From contig JASGHJ010000001.1 of assembly GCA_047602405.1 (NCBI GenBank), positions 192,001 to 256,000 on the forward strand: a DNA stretch of 64,000 nucleotides. The letters run 5' to 3'. Below are positions 40,518-51,553 of the stretch, in pieces (the first letter of the stretch is position 1; each line of letters starts with the position of its first letter). The DNA comes from Anaeromyxobacteraceae bacterium. Lineage in GTDB: Bacteria; Myxococcota; Myxococcia; Myxococcales; Anaeromyxobacteraceae. Made by a program: the position numbers and the translations under genes. The notes beneath the pieces are model-generated. The model saw only the letters and a program-made list of their open reading frames with translations. It searched no databases and was not told where the DNA came from.

Positions 40518-41549
40518 ATGGCCACGACGAAGAAGCCTCGCCCGGAGGCCCGCCTCCTCGCCCTCGCCTCCTTCATCCTCGCCCAGCGCGCGCCCGTGAC
40601 CCGGGCGCGCATCTACGAGCGCTTCCCCCGCGACTACACGGGCAAGGCGGCGGCGAGGGAGAAGAAGTTCACCCGCGACAAGGCCGACCTCGAGGAGCTG
40701 GGCTTCGTGCTCGTCGGCGAGCCGCTCGAGGGCAACGAGGAGGACCAGTTCGGCTACCGGATCGACGCCCGGGCCTCGACGCTCCCGGCCATCGGGCTCT
40801 CGGCCGACGAGGCCGCGGTCGTCTGGGCGGCCGGCACCTCCGCGCTGCGCCTCTCCGACCACCCGCTGCGCGACGCGCTCGAGAACGCGCTCCGCAAGCT
40901 CGCGATCGGCACCCGCACGCTGCCGCCGCGCGTGGCCGCGCCCGACCTCGACGAGCCCGAGGGCGCCCCCGCGCCCGACGGCGACGCGCTCCTCGACACG
41001 CTCGTCGGCGCCTGGCAGCGCCGCAAGCGCGTCACCCTCGAGTACTTCCGGGTCGCGTCGAACACCCTCTCGACGCGCGAGGTGGACCTCTACGGCTGGG
41101 CGCAGCGCCGCGGCGAGTACGTCTTCGTCGGCCACTGCCACCTGCGGAAGGATCTCAGGCTGTTCTACCTGTCGCGCGTCCACGGCGCGAAGGCGAACAG
41201 GAAACGGCCCGCCCAGCACGACTACGAGATCCCGGAGAGCTTCGACATCGGCGCATGGGCGCGCCAGGCGGTGTGGGACTACCGCGTCCACGCGCCGGTC
41301 GAGGCGCGCGTCCGGTTCACGGGCTCCCTCGCGCCCATCGCCCGTGACCTCGTCCCGGAGGCGACGCTCGAGAAGCAGCCCGACGGGGCGCGGCTCGCCT
41401 CGTTCCAGGTGCGCAACGTCGAGGGGCTCGCGCGGCAGGCGCTCGCGTGGGGCCCGGAGGCCGAGGTGCTGGCGCCGGACGAGGCGCGCGCGACCGCGCG
41501 CGCGCTCCTCGCGCGGCTCGCCGCGGGCCTCGAGGGAGGTGCCGCGTGA
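40518..41549 (+). CDS. HTH-WYL-WCX transcription factor, PafB-like
   Basis: KFTRDKADLEELG, GYRI, YVFVGHC..R..R.F.LSRV. Confidence 0.82.
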   Translation: MATTKKPRPEARLLALASFILAQRAPVTRARIYERFPRDYTGKAAAREKKFTRDKADLEELGFVLVGEPLEGNEEDQFGYRIDARASTLPAIGLSADEAAVVWAAGTSALRLSDHPLRDALENALRKLAIGTRTLPPRVAAPDLDEPEGAPAPDGDALLDTLVGAWQRRKRVTLEYFRVASNTLSTREVDLYGWAQRRGEYVFVGHCHLRKDLRLFYLSRVHGAKANRKRPAQHDYEIPESFDIGAWARQAVWDYRVHAPVEARVRFTGSLAPIARDLVPEATLEKQPDGARLASFQVRNVEGLARQALAWGPEAEVLAPDEARATARALLARLAAGLEGGAA

Positions 41550-42517
41550 ACCCGACGCTCTCCCGCCTGAGGCGGCTGCTCCTCGTCATCCCGGCGGCGG
41601 CGAAGGAGTCGCTCGCCGGCCGCGTGCTCCCGCTCGAGAAGGCCCGCCGGATCGCCGGCGCGACCAGCGTGCGGCAGGTCCTCGAGGACGTGGACGCCAT
41701 CAAGGAGCTCTACCTCGGCGCCGGCGTCGACGAGGACGACCCGCTCTGGGTCCAGGCCTCCGACGACGGCATCGAGGTCGTGTACGCGAGCGGCCTCGAC
41801 GCCCCCCTCGCGCTCTCGCTGCCGGAGGGCGCGATGCTGCTCGCCGCGCTCCGGCCCTTCGAGCGGACCGCCGGGCCGGCGGTGCGCGGCGCGGCCCGGA
41901 AGCTCCGCAAGGCCATCCCCGAGCCGCTCCGGCCCGCCGCAAATCAGCTCGTGCGCGGCGTGGACGTGGTGGCCCCGCCGCCGGCGCCGCACCTCGACGT
42001 GCTCCGCGACGCCGCGGACCGCAAGCGCGAGGTCACCCTCCAGTACCGCTCGGTCGCCGACGGCAAGGTCGCGCCGCGGGTGGTCGAGCCCCGCGTGGTG
42101 TTCCATCGTGACGGCGTCTGGTACCTCGCCGCCTTCAACGTGGCGAAGGGGGAGGAGCACCTCTTCCGCGTCGATCGCATGGCCGAGGTCGTCGTGGGCA
42201 CCCGCACCTTCGAGCGCCACCGCGGCCCGGACCCGGCCCGCTACGCGAAGCGGCGGCTCTACTTCGCGAGCGGCGCCGAGCGCGACGTGAGCTTGCGCCT
42301 CGACGGCGCCCCCGCCCGCCTCGCCCTCCGCCGCGGCGGCGGCCGGGTGACCGAGAACGGCGACGGGACCGCGACGGTCACGAAGCGCATGACCACCGGC
42401 AACCACCTCGCCTCGGTGGTGCTCGGCCACGGCGGCGACGTGACCGTCACCGCCCCGGAGGACGTCCGCGAGGACCTCCGCAAGCGGGTGGCGGAGCTCG
42501 GGAAGCTGTACCGGTAG
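41546..42517 (+). CDS. HTH-WYL transcription factor, PafC-like
   Basis: [27 protein letters not shown]. Confidence 0.82.
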   Translation: MNPTLSRLRRLLLVIPAAAKESLAGRVLPLEKARRIAGATSVRQVLEDVDAIKELYLGAGVDEDDPLWVQASDDGIEVVYASGLDAPLALSLPEGAMLLAALRPFERTAGPAVRGAARKLRKAIPEPLRPAANQLVRGVDVVAPPPAPHLDVLRDAADRKREVTLQYRSVADGKVAPRVVEPRVVFHRDGVWYLAAFNVAKGEEHLFRVDRMAEVVVGTRTFERHRGPDPARYAKRRLYFASGAERDVSLRLDGAPARLALRRGGGRVTENGDGTATVTKRMTTGNHLASVVLGHGGDVTVTAPEDVREDLRKRVAELGKLYR

Positions 42518-42537
42518 CCGTGAAGCCTCTCGGCGAA

Positions 42538-42567
42538 GTGTCCCCCGGGCCAGAGGCCCGGGGACAC
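42538..42567. terminator. GC-rich hairpin between convergent genes
   Basis: GTGTCCCCCGGGC-CAGAG-GCCCGGGGACAC. Confidence 0.5.
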
Positions 42568-42636
42568 GGAGCCGATCCAGGGGAGGGGCCCATCAGCTTC
42601 GCTGATGGGGAGGGGGGCCTACGGCCCCCCCTGAAA
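42568..42636. repeat. ~70-bp double-hairpin repeat (family B), copy 1
   Basis: GGAGC.GATCC.GGGG.GGGGCCC...CAGCTTCGCTG...GGGGGG(C)CTACG(G)CCCCCC.TGAAA, shared with 52624-52694. Confidence 0.7.
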
Positions 42637-42637
42637 C

Positions 42638-45476
42638 TCAGAAGTCCTTCATCGGGAACAGGTCGTCCGCGTCCTTCACGGCCGGGGGCGGCATGGGGGC
42701 GGCCCTCGCGGCGGGGAGCGGCTTCGCGGCCCGCGGGGCGCCGGACGCCTTGCGCGGCGGGGCCAGGCGACCCTGCTCGGGCGCGCGGCCTCGCGCCTCC
42801 AGGTGGAACGCGCCGACCATCGCGGCGAGCTCCTCGGCCTGGCCCGACAGCTCGCTCGCCGCCGAGGAGGACTCCTCCGCCGACGCCGCGTTCTGCTGGG
42901 TGACCTTGTCCATCTCGCCGACCGCCTTGTTCACCTGCTCGATCCCGGCCGACTGCTCGTTCGACGACGCCGCGATCTCCGCCACGATGTCGGAGACCTT
43001 CTGGATCCCGGCCCCGAATCTCGCCGAGCTTCGCGGAGACGTGCTTCGCGGTCGTCTCGCCCTCGCCGGCCTCCTTCACCGACTGCCGGATGAGCTCCTC
43101 GGTCTTGGTCGCCGCCTCCTTCGCGCGGAGCGCGAGCGAGCGGACCTCCTCGGCGACCACCGCGAACCCGCGGCCCGCCTCGCCGGCGCGCGCGGCCTCG
43201 ACCGCGGCGTTGAGCGCGAGGAGGTTCGTCTGGAAGGCGATGTCCGAGACGTCCTTGATGATCTGCGAGGTCCCCTCGGCGGAGGCCTTGATCCGGTTCA
43301 TCACGCCCTGCATCTGATCGACCGCCTGCGAGCCGTCGGCCGCGGCGGTGCGGGCGTTCTGGGCGAGGAGGTTCGCCTGCTGGGCGCTGTCGGCGGAGTG
43401 CTTCGTGCGCTCGGCGAGCGACTCGACGGACGCGCCCGTCTCCTGCAGCGAGGAGGCCTGCTCGGAGGCGCCGGAGGCGACCGCCTGGGACGAGGCGGCG
43501 ATCTGGGTGGCGGCGGAGGAGACCTGGTCGACCGCGGCGGCGACCTGCTGGAGCGCCTCGTGGAGCGCCTCGCCGGTCGCGTTGACCGCCTCCTTGATGC
43601 GGGCGTGGTCGCCCTGGTAGTCGCCCGAGACGCGCGCGCGGAGGTCCCGCTTCGAGAGCTGCTCGAGGACCTTCACCGCGTCGTTCACCGGCGCGATGAC
43701 CGCGTCGAGCGTGCGGTTCACGCCCTCGACGATCTTCCGGAAGTCTCCCTGGTGCTTGCCGGCGTCGGCGCGGGTCGAGAGGCGGCCGCCGATGGCGGCG
43801 TCGACGAGCGCGGCCGCGTCGCGGGTGAGCGCGCGGACGGCCTCGGCGCTCCGCTCGATCGCCGCGGAGATGGTGGCGTACACCTGGCGGGCCTCTGCGG
43901 TGTCGCCGTCCGCCTCGGCGACGGCGACGTCCATGGCGAGGTCGCCCTTCGAGAGCTTCTCGAGCGCGGCGACGACCCGCTGCGTCTCTCTCGCCTGGTA
44001 GGCGGAGACCTTCTCGGCCTTGCGCATCGCGCGGCGGACCGCGGTCTGGTCGGTCACGACCTCGAGCGCGCCGACCACCTGGCCCCGTGCCCTGATCGGC
44101 ACGGCGTTGTAGTCGATCTCGACGCCCGCGGCGGCGAGCGCCGCGTTGCCCTTCGGGCGCGCCACGGTCTGGCCACCGGCCGGCGAGCCCGTCTGGATCG
44201 TCTTCGCGGTGGCGCAGCGCTCCGTGCCGCAGTCGCCCGTGCAGAAGGCCTCGCGGCAGGGCCCGCCCTGGAAGTCCTGCAGCGCACGGCCGCCGACCGA
44301 GGTGGCCGCCTTGTTCATCCACAGGACCTTGAGGTCGCGGTCCACGACCATGGCCGGGGCGGGCACCGCGTCGAGGTGGGCCACGATCGAGCCCACGGAC
44401 TCGTTCACGCCCTCGACGATGCGCCGGTAGGCGCCCTCGTGCGCGGCGGCGTCGGCGCGGGTGAGCAGGCGCCCGTGCACGAGCGCGTCGGCGAGCTCCG
44501 CCGCGTCCGCCTCGAGGCGCTGCAGGGTCGCGACGCTGCGGTTGAGGCTCTGCTTCACGCCGTCGAAGTCGCCCTGCCACTCCTCGGTGATCGGCTCGGG
44601 GAGGTCGCCCTTCGCGATCCGGTCGAGGGACTCCGCCGCCACGTGCACCGGGCGGTGGTACGCGCCGAGGATCTCGTCCATCCCGGCGAGCACCGGCCTC
44701 AGCTCCGGGGCGAGCCCCTGGGCGTTCGACCGCTCCGAGAGGCGGCCCGCGACGACGGCGTCGCGCAGGCGGCCGGCCTCCCTGACGAGCGCGGCGAGCA
44801 TCGCGCCGATGCTGCGCGCGAAGAAGACGCCGAGCGCGACGAGGGAGAACGCGCCGAACACGACCGCGGCGAGGATGAGGGTCATGCTCCTGTTCGCGGC
44901 CGCGGCGCCGCTCGCGTCGGCGGCGTCGGCCTCCGCCAGGACGGCCTTCTTCGCGTTCTCGAGCGCGTCCGCGGCCTCCGAGAAGGTGGTCCGGGAGGAC
45001 GCGTAGATCGACCACGCCCGCTCCTCCGCGGCGACGATCTCCGGATCCTCCTTGCCCTCCCCGAGCGCAAGGCGGGCCTCGATCGCGCCGCCCGCGGCGA
45101 CCGCGGCCTTGGCCCACGGGCCGTACAGGCGGCGCCAGGTCTCCCAGGCCTCCTTGACCTCGGCGGTGTGCGGCCTCGACTCGAGGATCTTCGCGCCCTC
45201 CTCGGCCTGGGCGAGCTTCGCCGTCATGGCCTTGATGGCGTCGCGGCGGACCGACGGATACTCCCGGCGGAAGAGCGCGCTCTCGAGGTTCGCGACCGCG
45301 GCCGCCTGGCCCTCGGCGCAGGCGGCGAGCGCGTTGAGCGTCGGGACCGTGTTGTCGTGGAGCTCGTCGAGGCGCGCCTCGATGCGGCCGGCGCTCCAGT
45401 ACGCGAACCCGCCGACGGCGGCGAGGAGGAGGGTCGAGGCGAGGAACGCGGCCAGGATCTTCTGTGCGGTGGTCAT
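42638..45476 (-). CDS. Methyl-accepting chemotaxis protein (4HB, poly-HAMP, PAS, MA domain); +1 frameshift near 43018
   Basis: [35 protein letters not shown]-terminus continues in ORF 42638-42985. Confidence 0.9.
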
Positions 45477-45724
45477 CGAGGAGCCCTTGGGATGGACGCA
45501 GCCGCCCATCCAGGAGCAGGGGGCGTGCCTGCGGACCCCGCGACATCCCGCCGCGCCCACGCCCAGAATCTGCCGTGACTACGGCTCGTTCGTCCCTGGA
45601 GCTGGTCCCCTCGCACCCCGGGGCCTCGCACCCTGGGTTCGTCCGACCCCGACCCTGGCGACCACCGCGGGTGGCCGATCGGGAGCCTCGGCGCTAGGAA
45701 GCCCACTCCCTCGCCGGAGCCACC

Positions 45725-46489
45725 GTGACCCCCACCCTCACGCGGATCGCCGCGCCGGAGCACCGCCTCGCGACCTTCAGGCACTTCCACGTGCTCGTGG
45801 TCGTCTACGTGACGGTGCTCCTGATCTCGAACCTGGTCGGGCAGAAGCTCACCGCGCTCGGCGGGCTGCGGGTCAGCGGCGCCCAGCTCCTCTTCCCGAT
45901 CACCTACGTCTTCTCGGACATCTTCACCGAGGTGTACGGCTACGCCGCCTCGCGGCGCGCGATCTGGCTCGCCTCGCTCGCGAACGTGCTCATGGCGGCG
46001 ATGGGGCTCTTCATGGTCTGGATCCCCGCCGCGCCGGAGTGGCCCGCCGAGAACCAGGCCGCGTTCGCGATCGTCTTCGGCAACGTGCCCCGGATGATCG
46101 TCGCGAGCCTGGTGGCGTTCTGGGCGGGCGAGTTCTCGAACTCCTACGTGCTCGCGAAGATGAAGGTGTGGACCGGCGGCCGGTGGCTCTGGACCCGCAC
46201 CGTCGGCTCCACGCTCGTCGGCCAGGCCTTCGACTCGCTCATCGTGACGACCGTCTTCTTCTGGGGCACGGTCCCCTTCACGACGATCATGATCGCCGCG
46301 GCGTCGGGCTACCTCGTGAAGGTCACCTACGAGGCGCTCGCGACGCCGCTCACCTACGCGATCGTGAACGGCCTGAAGCGCGCCGAGGGGCTCGACGTCT
46401 ACGATGAGGGCACCGACTTCAACCCGTTCGCCCGCGAGGGCGACGCGGCGCCTCCGGGCCCTACTTCTCCGGGAGCCCCAGCGCCGTGA
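45725..46489 (+). CDS. yhhQ: Queuosine precursor transporter (VUT family)
   Basis: FPITY..SDIFTEVYGY, PRMIVASL.AF, LWTRTVGST. Confidence 0.88.
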   Translation: MTPTLTRIAAPEHRLATFRHFHVLVVVYVTVLLISNLVGQKLTALGGLRVSGAQLLFPITYVFSDIFTEVYGYAASRRAIWLASLANVLMAAMGLFMVWIPAAPEWPAENQAAFAIVFGNVPRMIVASLVAFWAGEFSNSYVLAKMKVWTGGRWLWTRTVGSTLVGQAFDSLIVTTVFFWGTVPFTTIMIAAASGYLVKVTYEALATPLTYAIVNGLKRAEGLDVYDEGTDFNPFAREGDAAPPGPTSPGAPAP

Positions 46490-47243
46490 GGAGCGCCCGC
46501 GCCTTCGCCTGGACGAGCCGCCCGTTCCGGGGTCCCATGCGCAGCAGGTGCTTCTCGACCGCGGGCAAGGCCTCGAGCTTCGGATCCGCGTAGGTGTAGA
46601 CGCCCGACTGGTCGACGAGCGCCACCTCGCCGTCCTTCACCGGCGCGTTCGCGATGCGACGGAGCGCCTTCCCGAGCGCGCGGTCGAAGGCGATGCCGGG
46701 GTAGCCGAGCATCCGGTAGGCGGTCTGGAGCGCCGGCCGCGCGACCCGCCAGGCGGCGGCCACGGCCTGCTCGTCGACCGAGGCCACCGCGTCGCCGAAG
46801 GCGTCGTAGCGCGCGCAGGACGCGGGCGAGATGACGAGCCCCGCGCCGGTCCGCGTCGCCTCGAACTTGCCCTCCGGGGCGAGGAACGCGAGCTCGCGCC
46901 GCGGCGTCACGCCCTCCGCGAGGTTGTCGACGACGACGACGACGCGGCGCACGACGTCGTTGCCGGAGAGCCCCTTCTGCACGAGCGGGTTCGCCGAGAC
47001 CTTCGGCAAGAGATCGGGCAGCTTCGCCTCGCCGGCCGCCGCCTGCTCCGGCGTGGGCTCGGGCTCGACCGGCGCGGGCGCCGCCTGCTGCGCGACCGGC
47101 GCGGGCTCCGCCGGCGGCGTGCGCAGCCGGAACCAGGCGTATACGCCGCCCGCGATCACGGCGAGGGCGAGCAGGATCCACGGGAGCGGGCTCGGCCGGC
47201 GCAGCGAGGTCTGCGGGATGGGCTCTTCGGTGCGGTCGTCCAT
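46461..47243 (-). CDS. DUF3014 family protein
   Basis: RR.VVVVDNLAEG, YTYADPKLEAL...KHLLRMGP.N. Confidence 0.8.
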   Translation of the reverse strand: MDDRTEEPIPQTSLRRPSPLPWILLALAVIAGGVYAWFRLRTPPAEPAPVAQQAAPAPVEPEPTPEQAAAGEAKLPDLLPKVSANPLVQKGLSGNDVVRRVVVVVDNLAEGVTPRRELAFLAPEGKFEATRTGAGLVISPASCARYDAFGDAVASVDEQAVAAAWRVARPALQTAYRMLGYPGIAFDRALGKALRRIANAPVKDGEVALVDQSGVYTYADPKLEALPAVEKHLLRMGPRNGRLVQAKARALLTALGLPEK

Positions 47244-47255
47244 GGTCCCTCGATC

Positions 47256-48215
47256 CTAACCCGCCGCCCGCGCCTCCGCGCGCGGGAGCCCCGAGACGGC
47301 CTCCCACACGGCGCGTCGCAGCGCCTCCTGGTGGAACAGCACGGCGGTGACGTGGCCGGCGTCGAGCCAGCGGAGCTCGGCGCCGAGGTGGCGCGCGACG
47401 GCCTCGAGGTTCGGCGGCGTGACGATGCCGTCGTTCTTGCCGCCCACGACGATCGCGGTCGAGCCCGGCGACGGGCGCGGGAACCTCGACACGTCGAAGC
47501 GCGCGAGCCGCCGGTGAAGCATCGCGCGCGCCGCGGGCCCGCCGCCGAGCGCGTCGAGGTCGACCGCGTGGCGGAGGTGCCCCTCGGCGAAGACCGACGC
47601 CGGCGTCGCCGCCGGCGCGAGCGCCGCGATCGCCACCGGGAACGGCAGCGTGCAGCCCACCATCGCCGCGACCTGCCCCCCCATGCTGTAGCCCGCGACG
47701 CCGACGCGCGCGTGGCCCCGCCCCCGGAGCCAGGCCGCGAGCGCGCGCCCCTCCCGCGTGGCGGCCGAGGCCATGAGGACGAGATCGGAGACCGTGCGCA
47801 CGGCGGCGCCCGCCTGCCCCGGCGGCCGGCGCGTGCCGTAGAAGGGGTTCTCGAGGAGCAGCACCGCGAGCCCGCGCCGCACGAGCGGCGCCGCGAAGGC
47901 CTCGCGCGCGGCGAAGCCCTGGTCCCCGGAGGACGCCAGCAGCAGCACGGCCGCCTCGGGCGCGCCCGTGACCGGCTCGAGGAGGCGGACCCGCGCGCGC
48001 CGGCCGGACGGCAGCCGCCGGTCGGGCGAGGCGAACGACCCGCTCCGCATCAGGACGCCCTCGCGCCGCTCCGGCGGGCCGAGCTCGACGTCGATGGCGT
48101 CCGGCGGCGCGTCCGCGACCCGCTCGCCCTCGACGAGCGCGAGATCGCCCCAGCCGGCCGCGAAGAACTTCGCGTGGCGCAGGGCGACGGAGAAGGCGAG
48201 GTCGAGCAGGTCCAC
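47256..48215 (-). CDS. Alpha/beta hydrolase (ABHD18/DUF2048-like)
   Basis: KFFAAGWG, LENPFYG.RRP.GQ, GYSMGG, D...GH triad. Confidence 0.78.
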   Translation of the reverse strand: MDLLDLAFSVALRHAKFFAAGWGDLALVEGERVADAPPDAIDVELGPPERREGVLMRSGSFASPDRRLPSGRRARVRLLEPVTGAPEAAVLLLASSGDQGFAAREAFAAPLVRRGLAVLLLENPFYGTRRPPGQAGAAVRTVSDLVLMASAATREGRALAAWLRGRGHARVGVAGYSMGGQVAAMVGCTLPFPVAIAALAPAATPASVFAEGHLRHAVDLDALGGGPAARAMLHRRLARFDVSRFPRPSPGSTAIVVGGKNDGIVTPPNLEAVARHLGAELRWLDAGHVTAVLFHQEALRRAVWEAVSGLPRAEARAAG

Positions 48216-48383
48216 GGGCGCGCGCAACCTAGCAGGAACGGCCGGTTGCGTCGGGGTAGTGTGGGTGCGGCGCGGGTGCCGGACACACGAGGGCAGGGAC
48301 GCCCCTTCCGGGACGCGGCTGACGCTGTCACCGGGCGCGGCGGCGGTTCGTTGACCGGGCGAACCCTGGAAAGGAGCACACCG

Positions 48384-50735
48384 ATGACCACCGCCCTCGC
48401 CCACGCCACTGCCCCTTCGTCTCCCTCCGGCAACGAAGGCCGCCTCGTCGCCGTGGACGGCCGCGAGCTGCCGCTCGCCGGCGCCCGCCTGGAGGCCCGC
48501 GCGCGCGGCGGCCTCTGCCGCGCGGTCCTCGTCCAGACCTTCCGGAACCCGCACGCGGAGCCCCTGCGCGTCACCTACCTCCTCCCGCTCCCGCACGACG
48601 GCGCGGTGAGCGGCTTCGCGTTCACGGTGGGTGGCCGCCGCGTCACGGGCGAGGTCGACAAGGCGCGGAAGGCCCGCGAGCGCTTCGAGCGCGCCCTCGT
48701 CGAGGGCCGGACCGCCGCGCTCGTCGAGCAGGACCGCACGAGCCTCTTCACGCAGGAGCTCGGCAACGTCCCGCCCGGCGGCGAGGTCGTCGCGGAGCTC
48801 ACGGTGGACCAGCGGCTCGCGTGGCGCGCGGGGGCCTGGGAGTGGCGCTTCCCCACCACCATCGCGCCTCGCTACCAGGGCGCGCCCGGCCGCGTCCCCG
48901 ACGCCGGGAAGCTGGAGGTGCCCGTCGCCGACGGCCCGCTCGCCGTGCGGCTCACGCTCGCGCTCACCGTCGAGGACCGGCTCGCCGAGGGGGGCCGGCT
49001 CGAGTCGCCGTCGCACGCGCTCCTCGCGACCTCTGGCCCGGGCGGCCTCTCGGCCGCGCTCGAGGACGGCCGCGGCGTCCCGCTCGACCGCGACGTGGTC
49101 GTCCGCTGGCCGGTCGCGGCCCCGGAGCCGGGGCTGTCGCTCGCGGTGACGGGGCGACCGGGCAAGGGGGAGAAGGCGCGCGCCTTCGGCCTCCTCACGC
49201 TCGTGCCGCCGGCGCTGACGCCGCGCACCGCCCCGCGCGACCTCGTGCTGCTCTTCGACGTGTCCGGCTCCATGCACGGCGAGCCCATCGACCAGTCGCG
49301 GGCCGTCGCGCTCGCGCTCGTCGACGCGCTCGGCCCCGACGACCGCCTCGAGATGGTCGCCTTCTCGGACGCGCCCGTCCGCTGGCGCGCCCGCCCGGTC
49401 GCGGCCGACGCCGCCGGGAAGCGGGCCGCCGTGAAGTGGCTGAACGCGCTCGCCGCCGGCGGCGCGACCGAGATGCGCGAGGGGATCCGCGAGGCGCTCC
49501 GCCCGCTGCGCGAGGGCGCCGGCCGGCAGGTCGTCGTCTTCACCGACGGGCAGATCGGCTTCGAGCAGGAGATCGTCGCCGAGATCCTGGCGTCGCTCCC
49601 CGCGGGCTCGCGCCTCCACACGGTCGGCGTGGGCGACTCGGTGAACCGCTCGCTCACCGGGCCCGCCGCCCGGGCCGGCCGCGGCCGCGAGGTCGTCATC
49701 GGGCTCGGCGAGGCCCCGGCCCGCGCGGCCGCGCTCCTCGTCGCGCACACCGCGCTGCCGGTCGTGACGGAGCTCGAGGTGACGGGCTCCGCCGTGAAGG
49801 CGGTCGCCCCGGCGCGGCCGGGCGACCTCCACCAGGGCGCCCCGTCGCTCGTGGCGCTCGAGCTCCACCCGGCTGGCGGCGAGCTCGTCGTCCGCGGCCG
49901 CACCGCGGAGGGCGCGTTCGAGCACCGGCGCTCCGTGCCGGCCGCGGCGCCCGGCGAGGGCCCGGCCGCCGTGCCGGCGCTCTTCGCCCGCGAGGCGGTC
50001 GAGGACCTCGAGGCGCGCATCGCGTCGGGCGATCCGGACCACCGCCGGCTGGAGGCCGCCATCGAGAAGCTCGGGCTCGAGCTCCAGATCGCGACGCGGC
50101 TCACGAGCTGGGTGGCGATCTCCGAGGAGGCCACCGTCGACCCATCGTCGCCCACCCGCCGCGAGGTGATGCCGCACGCGCTGCCGCACGGGATGTCCGC
50201 GGAGGGGCTGGGGCTCCGGCACGCGCTGCCGGTGATGGCCGCGCCGGCGAGGTCGGTGGTGCTCTTCCAGCGCGCGCTGGTCGAGTCGGTCCAGCTTGAG
50301 GATGTCGAGGCCGCGCCGATGGACGCGGAGCCGTCCCTGAAGGAGGAGAAGGCGAAGCGGACGCGCGCCGCGAAGCCCTCGGCCCCGAAGGCGATGCCGC
50401 CCGCCTTCTCGATGGGCCCGCGGCCGGCGGCGCCGGCCGGCCGGGCCGCAGCACACCGGGCCCGGATCGTGCTGCGCGAGGGGAACCGGCTCGTGCTCGA
50501 GCTCACGCTCGGCAGCGAGGTGACCTGGGCGCCGCCCGAGAACGCGATGCTGAGCGACGGCGCGCGGCTGCCCGTCCTCGTGGAGGGCACGACGGGCGCG
50601 GGGACGTACGGCCCCGGCCTCGTGCTGCGCGTCACGCTGGAGACCACGGGTACCGTGCCCCCCGGGGAGCGCGACCTCGCGTACATCATCCTGTCCTTCC
50701 CCGGCGGCGGTACGCTCACCGCCACCCTCGGATGA
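48384..50735 (+). CDS. VIT and vWA domain protein
   Basis: QTFRNP...Y.LPLP.DGAV, DVSGSM MIDAS motif, FTDG, RLTSWVA. Confidence 0.88.
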   Translation: MTTALAHATAPSSPSGNEGRLVAVDGRELPLAGARLEARARGGLCRAVLVQTFRNPHAEPLRVTYLLPLPHDGAVSGFAFTVGGRRVTGEVDKARKARERFERALVEGRTAALVEQDRTSLFTQELGNVPPGGEVVAELTVDQRLAWRAGAWEWRFPTTIAPRYQGAPGRVPDAGKLEVPVADGPLAVRLTLALTVEDRLAEGGRLESPSHALLATSGPGGLSAALEDGRGVPLDRDVVVRWPVAAPEPGLSLAVTGRPGKGEKARAFGLLTLVPPALTPRTAPRDLVLLFDVSGSMHGEPIDQSRAVALALVDALGPDDRLEMVAFSDAPVRWRARPVAADAAGKRAAVKWLNALAAGGATEMREGIREALRPLREGAGRQVVVFTDGQIGFEQEIVAEILASLPAGSRLHTVGVGDSVNRSLTGPAARAGRGREVVIGLGEAPARAAALLVAHTALPVVTELEVTGSAVKAVAPARPGDLHQGAPSLVALELHPAGGELVVRGRTAEGAFEHRRSVPAAAPGEGPAAVPALFAREAVEDLEARIASGDPDHRRLEAAIEKLGLELQIATRLTSWVAISEEATVDPSSPTRREVMPHALPHGMSAEGLGLRHALPVMAAPARSVVLFQRALVESVQLEDVEAAPMDAEPSLKEEKAKRTRAAKPSAPKAMPPAFSMGPRPAAPAGRAAAHRARIVLREGNRLVLELTLGSEVTWAPPENAMLSDGARLPVLVEGTTGAGTYGPGLVLRVTLETTGTVPPGERDLAYIILSFPGGGTLTATLG

Positions 50736-51322
50736 GCGCCGCGCCGCACACGCTCGAGCTCCAGGCGATCGCCGCCGGCGACCGCGCCGCCTTCGCCCGC
50801 TTCCTCGCGCGGGCGGAGGCGGCCGTCCGCCGGCGGCTCTCGCCGTTCGCGCCGCACGTCGACACCGAGGCCGTCCTCCAGGAGGCGTTCCTCCGGGCCT
50901 GGCAGGTCGCGCCCTCGGTGAAGGGCGACGGCGGCGGCGATCCGCTGCTGCGCCTCACCCTCACCCTCGCGAGGAACCTCGCGCTCGACGAGACCCGCCG
51001 CTCCCGCCGCGTGAGCCCGGGCGAGCTCGAGGCGCTCGAGCGCGCGGCGGCGGAGGCCGACGGTGCGCCCGCCGGCGACGGCGCGCCGGATCCCCTGCTC
51101 CGGCGCCTCATCCAGGCCTGCCTGGCGCTCCTCCCCGCGCAGCCGAGGCGCGCGCTCGAGGCGCGCCTCGCCGCCGAGGGCGGGCGCCCGGACGCCTCGC
51201 TCGCCGAGGACCTCGGCATGAAGAAGAACACCTTCCTCCAGAACTTCGGCCGGGCGCGCAAGCTCCTCGCCGCCTGCCTGCGCGCGAAGGGCCACCCCGT
51301 CGACGCCCCGGAGGCGACGTGA
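50732..51322 (+). CDS. ECF RNA polymerase sigma factor
   Basis: GDRAAF, EAVLQEAFLRAW, ARNLALDE, region-4 HTH. Confidence 0.78.
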   Translation: MSAAPHTLELQAIAAGDRAAFARFLARAEAAVRRRLSPFAPHVDTEAVLQEAFLRAWQVAPSVKGDGGGDPLLRLTLTLARNLALDETRRSRRVSPGELEALERAAAEADGAPAGDGAPDPLLRRLIQACLALLPAQPRRALEARLAAEGGRPDASLAEDLGMKKNTFLQNFGRARKLLAACLRAKGHPVDAPEAT

Positions 51323-51543
51323 CCTCCCGTGAACACGACGCGCTCGTCGAGGAGGCCGCGACGGCCTTCCGCCCCCGCGACCCCGGCGGCCGCCTCCGCC
51401 CGCACCCGGCCTTCCTCGACCTCGACGCGGCCGGCCGTGCGGAGGCCCACGCCCGCGCGGCCACCTCCCGCGCGCTCGAGGCCGCGCTCGACCCCGAAGG
51501 GCTCTCCACGACCGCCCGGGCGATCCTCGCGCGGCTCGGCTAA
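51319..51543 (+). CDS. Small hypothetical protein
   Basis: 74 aa; start overlaps the sigma factor stop (GTGA). Confidence 0.55.
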   Translation: MTSREHDALVEEAATAFRPRDPGGRLRPHPAFLDLDAAGRAEAHARAATSRALEAALDPEGLSTTARAILARLG

Positions 51544-51553
51544 GCTCCCCCGG

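Noticed and set aside
45480..45724. preQ1 riboswitch upstream of yhhQ
   Set aside because: No recognisable preQ1 stem with an A-rich tail
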